Assembly: GCA_963677925.2 (NCBI GenBank)
Contig: CAXXYH010000004.1
Span: forward strand, 1,504,001-1,568,000
DNA from: Spirochaetia bacterium
GTDB taxonomy: Bacteria > Spirochaetota > Spirochaetia > UBA9216
Length of the DNA: 64,000 nucleotides
Direction: 5' to 3'
In this document: positions 8,806-17,255 of the stretch, piece after piece
How the letters are laid out: every line of letters starts with the position of its first letter
How positions within the stretch are numbered: position 1 is the first letter of the stretch
The notes under the pieces: model-generated
Seen by the model: only the letters and a program-made list of their open reading frames with translations
Told to the model about the DNA's origin: nothing
Database searches by the model: none
Translations under genes and position numbers: made by a program

Positions 8806-9330
8806 TTAAGCAGCCCGTCTTCTTCCCGGTACAGGCTTTTTCTTTTTTTTCTTTCCCTTTGGATTTCCGTAAACAGCTGTAATAAAGACATCCGCAAAGG
8901 TATTCCTGGGTTTTGAATAAATTTCATCAGTATTCGCAATAATATTTCTGATAATTCCTCTTTTTTTCGGCTTGTTAATAGCCGCATAATCTTTCACAGC
9001 CTCAACAGCATTAACCTCAGGATTATTCAATTTGAGGTTATACCAGTGATCAGAAACGGCAATGTAAAGTTCGCCTGTGCTCATATTATTGAATCTCAAA
9101 TTGAGGTTGCTTATTTCAATACCGAGTTTCAGTGCCTTGTAGATGTTTTCATACCAGGAATATAGTGCCTGGCTGTAAGTAACATACTCTCCCAGCTGTT
9201 CAATCAGAAACTGATGATGAACGTTCACATGTTCTGCTATTGCGTTCCAGTCTTCATTTGAATTAAAGTGCATGCCTTCTTCGGTCAGCATGAATTCCAT
9301 TAGTTTAGCTTTGTTTATTTTCTGAGTCAT
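8806..9330 (-). CDS. Hypothetical protein, possibly DUF4032-related
   Basis: 174 aa with GGAG RBS; EHVNVHHQFL, ALYSWYENIY and LYIAVSDHWYNLK resemble spirochaete DUF4032-type proteins (recalled, not searched); Lys/Arg-rich tail. Confidence 0.6.
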   Translation of the reverse strand: MTQKINKAKLMEFMLTEEGMHFNSNEDWNAIAEHVNVHHQFLIEQLGEYVTYSQALYSWYENIYKALKLGIEISNLNLRFNNMSTGELYIAVSDHWYNLKLNNPEVNAVEAVKDYAAINKPKKRGIIRNIIANTDEIYSKPRNTFADVFITAVYGNPKGKKKKKKPVPGRRRAA

Positions 9331-9459
9331 TTGTATACTCCCTATTAACCGGTCTTAATATATCGATAAAATAATACCTAATAAGAATTATGTCAATACT
9401 ATTTAGATAAAAAAAATATCTTTCTATTGTGAGTATAAAAATTGAGTAGGGGAATGAAC

Positions 9460-9720
9460 TCAGATTCCCATATTGCTCAATAAAGTCGCAATACGGTTTA
9501 GTGCATCCGTGATAACTGGGTGGGTCGCTTCAAAGTATTTAATATTATCCTGTACGGTTGTGCCTATCTCCGCAGAATGCGGAAAATCGGTTTCGATGGA
9601 AGTTTCGATATTTTTCAATAGAGTATTCAGCCGTGACGCAGCTTCGGTATCACTGCTCTGCAGTTTTTCAAGCTCTTCCCTGAGTTCCTCAATGTATTTT
9701 TGAAGTTTATCTCTTTCCAT
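9460..9720 (-). CDS. DUF4404-family small helical protein
   Basis: C-terminal FEATHPVITDALNRIATLLSNMGI; ATG 9720 preferred as start. Confidence 0.75.
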   Translation of the reverse strand: MERDKLQKYIEELREELEKLQSSDTEAASRLNTLLKNIETSIETDFPHSAEIGTTVQDNIKYFEATHPVITDALNRIATLLSNMGI

Positions 9721-9887
9721 ACTGAGATCATAATGCAGAACACCTGCCGGGAGCAAGAAAAATCATACGAAATAGTATTAAAAATTCAGGTATCCGACAA
9801 TAATGTAGGAATGGTTTAATACTCTTAAAATATATAAATGCTTTCTGTATAACGAAATAGAACTGTATAGCTTCGCTGTTTGTTATG

Positions 9888-9906
9888 TTTGGTATGATTA
9901 TTGCAT
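9888..9906 (+). promoter_or_regulatory. Sigma54 (-24/-12) promoter of the amt-GGDEF gene
   Basis: TTTGGTATGATTATTGCAT: GG at 9891-9892, 10 nt spacer, GC at 9903-9904. Confidence 0.75.
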
Positions 9907-9945
9907 AAAGTTTATGATATATAAAAGTTCAAATGCTTTTTATGG

Positions 9946-11829
9946 ATGATGCGGATGAAGAACATGAGTGATCTTCTCTGGGTTATTATCTCGGCCATGC
10001 TTGTTTTTCTGATGCAGCCGGGCTTTATGGCTCTTGAGACAGGTCTTACAAGGGCAAAGAACTCAATTAATGTTGCAATCAAGAATATGTCTGATTTTCT
10101 TGTTTCTGTTGCAGCTTTCTGGTTTATCGGGTTCGGTCTCATGTTCGGAAAATCCTTTCATGGAATCATAGGCATTAGCGATTTTTTTGTTAACTTTGAA
10201 ATGGATAACTGGAAGGCCGCCTTTTTTGTTTTTCAGGCAGTTTTTGTAGGAACAGCAGCTACGATTGATTCAGGCGCGGTAGCCGAGCGGGCGAAATTCA
10301 GCACATATCTGATGATGTCTTTTCTTACTTCAGCATTTATATATCCGGTTTTCGGTCACTGGGCCTGGGGCAGCGCCTTCTATCCGGATAATCCCGGCTG
10401 GCTTCAGAAGCTCGGATTCCTTGATTTTGCGGGGTCTACTGTTGTCCATTCGATTGGCGGATGGGTAGGACTTGCCGGTATTATCACTATCGGCCCAAGG
10501 ATAGGCCGATTCAGTGAAGACGGGAAGCCCAATAAAATATCCGGGCATAATCTGGTTTTCGCCTACTTCGGAGTCTGTATTCTGTTTTTTGCCTGGTTTG
10601 CCTTTAACGCAGGGAGTACTCTCAGTGCATCGGAGAGTATTGCTAATATTCTGGCCAATACTATTATTTCAGCGTCTTTCGGGGGACTTACAACATTATT
10701 TGTAAGCTGGATGCTCAGTGAAAACCATCTGCCTGAACCGGAACTTATTATCAACGGAATTCTCGGAGGCCTTGTAGGAATAACCGCCGGCTGCAGGTAT
10801 ATGGGCGAACTCAGTTCCATGCTTGTCGGAATTGTATCAGGAATTATAGTTGTTTTCGGAAACCGGCTGCTTGAAAAACTAAAACTTGATGATGCTGTAG
10901 GTGCTGTTCCTGTTCATGGCTTTGCGGGGATGTGGGGAACAATAGCAACCGGACTCTTTATAAAGAACAGTTTTCTTCTGGAATTCGGAATATCAAGGGG
11001 AAATCAGATTTTAATTCAGTTGCTTGGATCTGCCGCTGCTCTTGTATGGGGGCTTGGTGTATCGCTCCTCCTGATGAAAATAATAAACAGATTTTCTCCG
11101 ATGAGGGTATCCCCGGCATTTGAGGAGATAGGCCTGAATATTGCCGAACACGGAGCAAGCTCCAGCATTCTTGAACTGTCCAATTCGGTCAGAAAGATAA
11201 TAGAAAGCAGGAATTTCAGGGAAACCGGAAAGATTCAGGTTGAGTACGGAACAGAGATTGGAGAGCTCACCAATTATTTCAATACGATGATTGATGATCT
11301 GAAGATTAAGGAGGATGCGGCCGAAGAAGCACTTTCATCTCTGCATCAGATGGCAATTACCGACGGATTGACCCAGATATACAACAGAAAATTTATCTCG
11401 GACACCCTGGTCAAGGAGATTGCCAGATCGATCCGCTACGAAAGTAAATTATCAGTATTAATGTTCGATATAGATTTTTTTAAGGATATAAACGATAAAT
11501 ACGGCCATCCGGCCGGAGATAAGGTTCTTATTGAAATTTCTAAAAGAGTTAAGGAGTCACTGCGGGAGTCCGACTATTTCGGCAGGTATGGGGGAGAAGA
11601 ATTTCTGGTGATTTTTCCGGAGACAGATCTCGCAAATGCCTACATTATCTCAAACCGGATAAAAGAGAATATTGAATGCATGTGCTGGGACTTCAACGAG
11701 GTATTCTGTGTCACTGTAAGCGGCGGTGTGGTGGAAAACTTCGGTGAAGATTTTGACCGGATGATTAAGCGGGCAGACAACCTGCTGTACTACGCAAAAG
11801 AAAACGGCCGCAACATGATTATAAAATAA
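9946..11829 (+). CDS. Ammonium transporter (Amt) fused to a HAMP-like linker and GGDEF diguanylate cyclase
   Basis: Amt motifs FLMQPGFMALETG, DFAGSTVVHSIGGW, LDDAVGAVPVHG; linker EIGELTNYFNTM; TDGLT, DIDFFKDINDKYGHPAGD, RESD I-site and GGEEF. Confidence 0.92.
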   Translation: MMRMKNMSDLLWVIISAMLVFLMQPGFMALETGLTRAKNSINVAIKNMSDFLVSVAAFWFIGFGLMFGKSFHGIIGISDFFVNFEMDNWKAAFFVFQAVFVGTAATIDSGAVAERAKFSTYLMMSFLTSAFIYPVFGHWAWGSAFYPDNPGWLQKLGFLDFAGSTVVHSIGGWVGLAGIITIGPRIGRFSEDGKPNKISGHNLVFAYFGVCILFFAWFAFNAGSTLSASESIANILANTIISASFGGLTTLFVSWMLSENHLPEPELIINGILGGLVGITAGCRYMGELSSMLVGIVSGIIVVFGNRLLEKLKLDDAVGAVPVHGFAGMWGTIATGLFIKNSFLLEFGISRGNQILIQLLGSAAALVWGLGVSLLLMKIINRFSPMRVSPAFEEIGLNIAEHGASSSILELSNSVRKIIESRNFRETGKIQVEYGTEIGELTNYFNTMIDDLKIKEDAAEEALSSLHQMAITDGLTQIYNRKFISDTLVKEIARSIRYESKLSVLMFDIDFFKDINDKYGHPAGDKVLIEISKRVKESLRESDYFGRYGGEEFLVIFPETDLANAYIISNRIKENIECMCWDFNEVFCVTVSGGVVENFGEDFDRMIKRADNLLYYAKENGRNMIIK

Positions 11830-11831
11830 AT

Positions 11832-12872
11832 TTACACTGATACTGTGTTTAGAAGTTCCCTGCCTGCAGCCTGAAGATAGGTGGCAAGTTCCTGTTTATT
11901 AACAATATAGTAATAGCGCCTGCTGTTCCCCGGTTTTATGCTCAATATTCTTGATGAAACCATTTTATTGAGATGGTAGGACATTGTCGCCGGGGTTATT
12001 CCGAAATGAGTTGCCAGTTCATTGCTGAACCAGGGTCTTATTGAAACGAGTCGTAGAATTTCAAGTCTTTTGCTGTCTCCAAGAACAGAAAACAGTATGT
12101 CTGTTTTTCTGTTGTCGGATTGATTATTCAATATATCCTTTGTTCCCGCTCCGATTATCACCATGGGCATATCTGTCGAAAGATACGAACTTGTATCCAG
12201 AAAGAATGAGAAATAGATATTGTTTAATCCCTGCTCAGTCTCGAAGAAATTGTTGAAGAGATCCCTTGTTGCACCGTTAAGATAAGAGATTTCATCCTGC
12301 TCAAATCTTTCTTTATGCCAAATGAAAAGACTTTTAATCTGCTCACTATTATTAACCTCTGTCTGACTGTAAAAATCGGAATAGAAGATTTTATACAGAT
12401 TTTTCAGGCGTTCGAGAAAGTCTGCGGGAGTAGTGAGGAATGATGAAATGAGTCTGGCAGTTTCCTCAGGTGAGTTTTCTGAAGATGATATCTCTGGCAG
12501 AATTGCCAGAATATTCTCATACGAAACTACCTTGTCCTGTGGAAGATTTAAAATGCTTTTTATCCGGGTCTGTATATACTCTGGTGTGAGGCTGTTCAGA
12601 ATATTCAGGAACCCGGCCGCTGTGCTGCAGCCTTCATTGGATATTACAGTTTCAATAAGAAGCCAGCTTGTCTGAGGTATTTTTTTCACAAGCAATTCAA
12701 TATCACTCTCAAGAAAAGGTGAAATGTTTTTCTCTGTAATATCAATCCATTCCTGTACGGCTTCTATTCCTTTCAAACCGAGGAATGTCTTCTTTTCTGC
12801 TGTTTCGTTCCGGAGTGCATAATGCAGTACAGCGCAAATGAAATCGATTGCCTGGTTATGTATAAATTCCAT
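11832..12872 (-). CDS. ArsR/SmtB-family regulator with a large N-terminal domain
   Basis: C-terminal VLGDSKRLEILRL...ELATHFGITPATMSYHLNKM HTH. Confidence 0.85.
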   Translation of the reverse strand: MEFIHNQAIDFICAVLHYALRNETAEKKTFLGLKGIEAVQEWIDITEKNISPFLESDIELLVKKIPQTSWLLIETVISNEGCSTAAGFLNILNSLTPEYIQTRIKSILNLPQDKVVSYENILAILPEISSSENSPEETARLISSFLTTPADFLERLKNLYKIFYSDFYSQTEVNNSEQIKSLFIWHKERFEQDEISYLNGATRDLFNNFFETEQGLNNIYFSFFLDTSSYLSTDMPMVIIGAGTKDILNNQSDNRKTDILFSVLGDSKRLEILRLVSIRPWFSNELATHFGITPATMSYHLNKMVSSRILSIKPGNSRRYYYIVNKQELATYLQAAGRELLNTVSV

Positions 12873-12890
12873 TTCATGATTTTATCACTA

Positions 12891-12981
12891 ATTAGAAATA
12901 TATCTAATATAAAATTTCGAAAATATTCTAAATTAGTAGATTAATATAAGATATAGATCTAATATTAGAAACATATCTAAC
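12891..12981. promoter_or_regulatory. Array of four ATTAGA-N6-TCTAAT operator-like palindromes
   Basis: 12891 ATTAGA-AATATA-TCTAAT; 12915 TTTCGA-AAATAT-TCTAAA; 12946 ATAAGA-TATAGA-TCTAAT; 12964 ATTAGA-AACATA-TCTAAC; they overlap both divergent promoters. Confidence 0.75.
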
Positions 12982-13013
12982 ACTAAGTATGTTTCTGATA
13001 AAAAGGGGTGTTT

Positions 13014-13211
13014 ATGTTTGAGTCTTCACATGAGTCGTATTATATGAGCAGAGCCCGGGGCAGACAGTTGTATCTGGAATATCAACGGGGACGTAATGTA
13101 CCGGGAGAAGTCCTTCTATGGTTAAAAGAAAAGGGCAAGCGCTGTAAAAAGAAGAAAGGTTACACCGATTATCTGATTGATGTTGTATGCGGCGAAGTTG
13201 ATCAGTCGTGA
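13014..13211 (+). CDS. Putative small protein divergent from the ArsR regulator
   Basis: Promoter TAGATT-17-TAATAT (12937-12965), AAGGGG RBS, ATG 13014; the last 90 nt overlap the ubiA-like gene antisense. Confidence 0.45.
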   Translation: MFESSHESYYMSRARGRQLYLEYQRGRNVPGEVLLWLKEKGKRCKKKKGYTDYLIDVVCGEVDQS

Positions 13212-13988
13212 ATCTTTTTTTACCCTTTCAGGCAGAATCAGCAGGTGTTCGAAGATAAACAGGGCTGTAATGATTCCGACTCCGGCATAATAGATAATAC
13301 CCAGCCCCTGAAGGTAGCCGGTGACTGCCATAAGCAGTACCGACGCAGCATGCATACCGGCCGCACCGAGTCTTGCCAGTTTTTCTCCGAAGACGGAGGG
13401 TATTGAGTAGAGGCCTTCAGAACGGTCAAAGTCGATATCCTGAATAGCATAAATTACATCAAATCCTGCAACCCAGGCGGCATTGGCCGCAGCCAGAACA
13501 AAGGTCGTAAGTTCAGCTCCTGCGGTTACTCCGACCCATGCACCGAATGCTCCGCCGGCACAGGCCGCACCCAGAATTATATGGCAGAGCCATGTGAAAC
13601 GTTTTGTGTAGGAGTAGAGTATGAATATTCCGGCGGCCAGCGGAAGAAGTACTACACAGAGCCAGTTGAGCATGAACGCCGAAACGGTGAGAAGTATCAT
13701 ACCGGCGACTGCAACAGCGAGGGCATCACGCCGGTGAAGTTTTCCCGACGGCAGGTGACGCCCGGCAGTTCTGGGATTTCTTGCATCGATATTGCGGTCT
13801 ACTATCCGGTTCATGGCATTCGCAGCGTTTCTTCCGCCGGTAAATGCCAGCACTATCCAGATGAACGTTTTCCATCCGGGGAAGCCATGTGCAGCCATGA
13901 GCATTGCAGCAAGTGTTACCGGAAGCGAAAAAAGCGTATGCGAAAACATCACCATTTCCGCATACAGCTTCAGTTTCTTAAAGGCCAT
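13122..13988 (-). CDS. UbiA-family prenyltransferase (MqnP-like)
   Basis: FSHTLFSLP, NRIVDRNIDARNPRTAGRHLP, YSYTKRFT and GFDVIYAIQDIDFD motifs; ATG 13988 overlaps the ubiD stop. Confidence 0.9.
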   Translation of the reverse strand: MAFKKLKLYAEMVMFSHTLFSLPVTLAAMLMAAHGFPGWKTFIWIVLAFTGGRNAANAMNRIVDRNIDARNPRTAGRHLPSGKLHRRDALAVAVAGMILLTVSAFMLNWLCVVLLPLAAGIFILYSYTKRFTWLCHIILGAACAGGAFGAWVGVTAGAELTTFVLAAANAAWVAGFDVIYAIQDIDFDRSEGLYSIPSVFGEKLARLGAAGMHAASVLLMAVTGYLQGLGIIYYAGVGIITALFIFEHLLILPERVKKDSRLINFAAYNINQIIGVTFLLFTALALFF

Positions 13989-15420
13989 ATTCAGACCACT
14001 TTTTGTCGACCATGGCTTTGACTTCATCAGTCATCTCGATGTCATCAGGCCATTCACGCGGGTGGCCTTCCTCAGGCCACTTTTTAGTGGCATCTATTCC
14101 AAGCCTGCTTCCGTAATGGGGCAGGGGCGAGGCATGATCCAGTGCATCCAGCGGACCTTCGGTAATAAGCAGGTCGCGTCTTGCATCAATATTGTTGAAG
14201 ACCTTCCACATTACAGTAGATATATCCGAGGGATTGATGTTCTTATCAACTACGATGATCATTTTTGTGTACATCATCTGGCCGCTGCCCCATATTGCGT
14301 TCATGACTTTCTTGGCATGGCCGGGGTATTTCTTGTCTATCGAGACAATTACACAGCTGTGAAAAACGCCCTCCAGCGGGAAGTTGATGTCCATAATCTC
14401 GGGGTTTATCATCTTTATAAGCGGAAGAAAGGTTCTCTCCGTAAGTTTTGCCAGATAGCAGTCCTCCATCGGCGGCTTGCCGACGATGGTAGCCGGGAAG
14501 ACCGGCTTTTTCTTACGGGTGATCTTTTCAACATGAAAAACCGGGTAGTAGTCTGTTAGTGAATAGTATCCGGTGTGATCACCGAAGGGGCCTTCAAGCA
14601 CATGAGGCTCGGCAGGATCCACCCAGCCTTCGAGGATAAACTCGGCATTCGCCGGAACTTTGATATCGTTTGTTATACATTTTACCTGCTCAACAGCCGC
14701 CTTGCGCAGAAAGCCTGCAAACATTATTTCATCAATGATAGCCGGCAGAGGTGCAGTTGCAGAATAGATGATTGCGGGATCACAGCCGAGGGCTACCGAT
14801 ACCGGCATCTTTTTTCCGGCTTTGCGGTATTTTTCATATATTTCACGGCCGTCCTTGTGCAGGTGCCAGTGCATTCCAGTTGTATTTTTGGAAAATACCT
14901 GCATCCGGTACATTCCTATATTCTGCTGTCCGGTATCCGGATCTCTTGTAAAAACAAGCGGCAGAGTCATGAAAGGTCCGCCGTCCTGAGGCCAGCAGTG
15001 CAGTACCGGCAGTGTATTCAGATCCGGTTCCTCCACCACCTGCTGACAGGCTGCGGGGCCGACAACCGGCCTGGGGAAAACCTCCAGCATTCTGGCCAGT
15101 TTGGGTATCGATTTTATCTTGTCGATGAGTCCCATATAGCTGCTTACATCAAGAAGATCTGTTATCTGATCAGCAAAATCGTCGATGGACTCTATTCCGA
15201 AGGCGAGATTCAGCCGGTCATAAGTTCCGAACCCATTTATGAATACAGGGTATTCCGAGCCTTTTACGTTTTCAAAAAGAAGTGCAGGTCCGCCCTCTTT
15301 CACAACCCTGTCGGCAATCTCGGTTATTTCAAGGTAGCTGTCGACTTCAGCTGAAATCCTTTTCAGCTCACCTTTCTTCTCAAGAAGTTTTATAAAACCC
15401 TGAAGATCTTTTACTGCCAT
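13978..15420 (-). CDS. ubiD: UbiD-family decarboxylase (menaquinone biosynthesis, MqnL-like)
   Basis: NIGMYRMQV, GMHWHLHKDG, EGPFGDHTGYY, GKPPMED and GPLDALDHAS motifs. Confidence 0.92.
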   Translation of the reverse strand: MAVKDLQGFIKLLEKKGELKRISAEVDSYLEITEIADRVVKEGGPALLFENVKGSEYPVFINGFGTYDRLNLAFGIESIDDFADQITDLLDVSSYMGLIDKIKSIPKLARMLEVFPRPVVGPAACQQVVEEPDLNTLPVLHCWPQDGGPFMTLPLVFTRDPDTGQQNIGMYRMQVFSKNTTGMHWHLHKDGREIYEKYRKAGKKMPVSVALGCDPAIIYSATAPLPAIIDEIMFAGFLRKAAVEQVKCITNDIKVPANAEFILEGWVDPAEPHVLEGPFGDHTGYYSLTDYYPVFHVEKITRKKKPVFPATIVGKPPMEDCYLAKLTERTFLPLIKMINPEIMDINFPLEGVFHSCVIVSIDKKYPGHAKKVMNAIWGSGQMMYTKMIIVVDKNINPSDISTVMWKVFNNIDARRDLLITEGPLDALDHASPLPHYGSRLGIDATKKWPEEGHPREWPDDIEMTDEVKAMVDKKWSEYGL

Positions 15421-15423
15421 TTA

Positions 15424-16509
15424 TTATCTCCCGACCTCGTTGTAGCTCGTGTCAGTTAGGCTGAAACTGTCTCCCAGCCCGCTTGTGAGGTACATATCCT
15501 TATTTTCCATCAGAATAATTGCTTCTGTGTCCGGCATTTCTTCAACAAGAGCCAGGCCTGCCTCTACACCGAGGGAGAAAACTGTGGTAGACATTGCATC
15601 CGCCTGCATTGATACAGGGCAGATTATTGACACCTGGGCGATTCCGTTTTCAACGGGGTATCCGTCCTTAGTGCTTAAGATATGGTGATACCGCCTGTCA
15701 TCTTCAATAAAGAAGCGTTCATATTTACCCGAAGAAACTACTGCCTTATCACTGATTGAAAGGACTCCGATGTATTCGCCCCTTGATGTATCCGGATTCT
15801 GGATTCCAATCCGCCATTCCGAGCCGTCGAGTTTTGTACCGAGTGCAAGTACATTCCCGCCAAGGTTTATAAGCGATGATGTGACGCCGACTGAATGGAG
15901 GTATTCGGCGATTTTATCGGCTGAAAAACCCTTGGCTACTCCGCCCGGTTCCAGTTTCATTTTTTCAGTTTCGAGGAATGCATAGTATTTACCGCTGTCG
16001 GATGTGAGACTGAGTCTGTTATAGTCAACCAGTTCAAGTGCTGCATTTATTTCTGCTTTTGAGGGAACTCTTGCATCTTCACTTCCTATTCCCCAGAGGC
16101 TTACAAGAGGCCCTATGGTTATGTCGAAGGTACCACCGCTTTTCTCAGAGAACTGAAGGCCCTCTGAAAGTACTTTGTAGAAGTCGGCGGAAATCTCAAC
16201 CGGTTGAAGGCCTGCAGCCTTGTTAACTTTATTTGCAGTGCTGTCCGCAATTGTCACACTCATCTGCTGCTCAATATCATCAACCAGAGTCCTGATTTCA
16301 GAAAATATATCTGATGCCTGTAAATTATCTGTACCGGCAACTCTGCCTTTTTTATCGGCATCGATGCTGATACTGCAGGTTGTTCCGATGGCAAGAAAGC
16401 TGTCATTTACACGTTCATATTCAGTCTGTCCGAGAGCAAAAAGGCTGCCGGCAGATAAAACTGCTGTTAAAAATATTAGAGTAAAAATTTTATTAGTTCG
16501 TATTTGCAT
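15424..16509 (-). CDS. apbE: FAD:protein FMN transferase (ApbE/FmnB family)
   Basis: FDITIGPLVSLWG, GGVAKGFSAD, NLGGN, SSGKYERF, YHHIL and ADAMST motifs; signal peptide; ATG 16509 preferred. Confidence 0.9.
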   Translation of the reverse strand: MQIRTNKIFTLIFLTAVLSAGSLFALGQTEYERVNDSFLAIGTTCSISIDADKKGRVAGTDNLQASDIFSEIRTLVDDIEQQMSVTIADSTANKVNKAAGLQPVEISADFYKVLSEGLQFSEKSGGTFDITIGPLVSLWGIGSEDARVPSKAEINAALELVDYNRLSLTSDSGKYYAFLETEKMKLEPGGVAKGFSADKIAEYLHSVGVTSSLINLGGNVLALGTKLDGSEWRIGIQNPDTSRGEYIGVLSISDKAVVSSGKYERFFIEDDRRYHHILSTKDGYPVENGIAQVSIICPVSMQADAMSTTVFSLGVEAGLALVEEMPDTEAIILMENKDMYLTSGLGDSFSLTDTSYNEVGR

Positions 16510-16606
16510 ACCGGCTATTTTAGTGAAAGCGGGCGGCATTGTTAATAGTAGTTGCGTAGATCCCGATGACCTTTTCATACTAATTGCTTCTGATGTATAT
16601 TCAGAT

Positions 16607-17158
16607 ATGGACGATATTCTTCAGAACATTGGAAAAAGAATAAAAAAAATCAGGAAAGATAAAGAGCTTACTATAAAGGACATTGCCGACAGGCTGAATC
16701 TTACCAGAAGCCTTATCAGTCAGATCGAAAACAACAAGGTTACACCGTCCATAAAAACACTTGCCCAGATAGCATCAATTCTGAATACTCCTTTAACAGC
16801 CTTCTTTGAAGACATCGATGACCCCAATCCCGTTGTGAGGAAAAGTGAAAGACAGAAGCTTGAAACAAGAGACGGCGTATCTTATGAGATGCTTACCCGA
16901 AACGTTTCCTGTCATAAGTTCGAAGTTCTTGAAAGCACCTTTGAAGAGGATGGAACTTCGGGTTTTCATCATAAACACAGCGGTGAAGAATGCGGGATTG
17001 TCGTTAAGGGACGGTTCCGGGTCGAGACTGGTGATGATGAATACACCCTAAGCGAGGGAGATTCCATCTATATTGATTCTTCAAGACCGCACAGAATCAC
17101 AAATGTATCCGACGGTGAATCGGTTGCGATATGGATAAACTGTCCGCCTTCACGGTAA
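16607..17158 (+). CDS. XRE-family HTH regulator with C-terminal cupin domain
   Basis: IGKRIKKIRKDKELTIKDIA...SLISQIENNKVTPSI and HSGEECG...GDSIYIDSSRPH; the track's 129 aa N-terminal extension is antisense to apbE. Confidence 0.9.
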   Translation: MDDILQNIGKRIKKIRKDKELTIKDIADRLNLTRSLISQIENNKVTPSIKTLAQIASILNTPLTAFFEDIDDPNPVVRKSERQKLETRDGVSYEMLTRNVSCHKFEVLESTFEEDGTSGFHHKHSGEECGIVVKGRFRVETGDDEYTLSEGDSIYIDSSRPHRITNVSDGESVAIWINCPPSR

Positions 17159-17227
17159 TTATATCGCTGCAGTTATAACGATACTATGAAATAACCATTT
17201 TGACTTTCTCCCTCTTTGCGTTAGCAT
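17159..17227 (+). promoter_or_regulatory. Promoter with an upstream motif shared with 21808-21876
   Basis: TTAT-N12-ATAACGATACTATGAAATAACCATT-TTGACT-16-TAGCAT. Confidence 0.65.
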
Positions 17228-17255
17228 GAAGCATGAAAACTTCCAGGGAGGAAAT

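Noticed and set aside
13581-15354. Long plus-strand ORFs (146, 255 and 259 aa) opposite ubiA/ubiD
   Set aside because: Antisense shadows of well-conserved genes with no recognisable motifs; the same applies to most other short nested ORFs in the track.
16220-16606. 312 aa version of the XRE-cupin ORF and 384 aa version of apbE
   Set aside because: The N-terminal extensions overlap the opposite gene or promoter; family-like sequence starts at 16607 and 16509.
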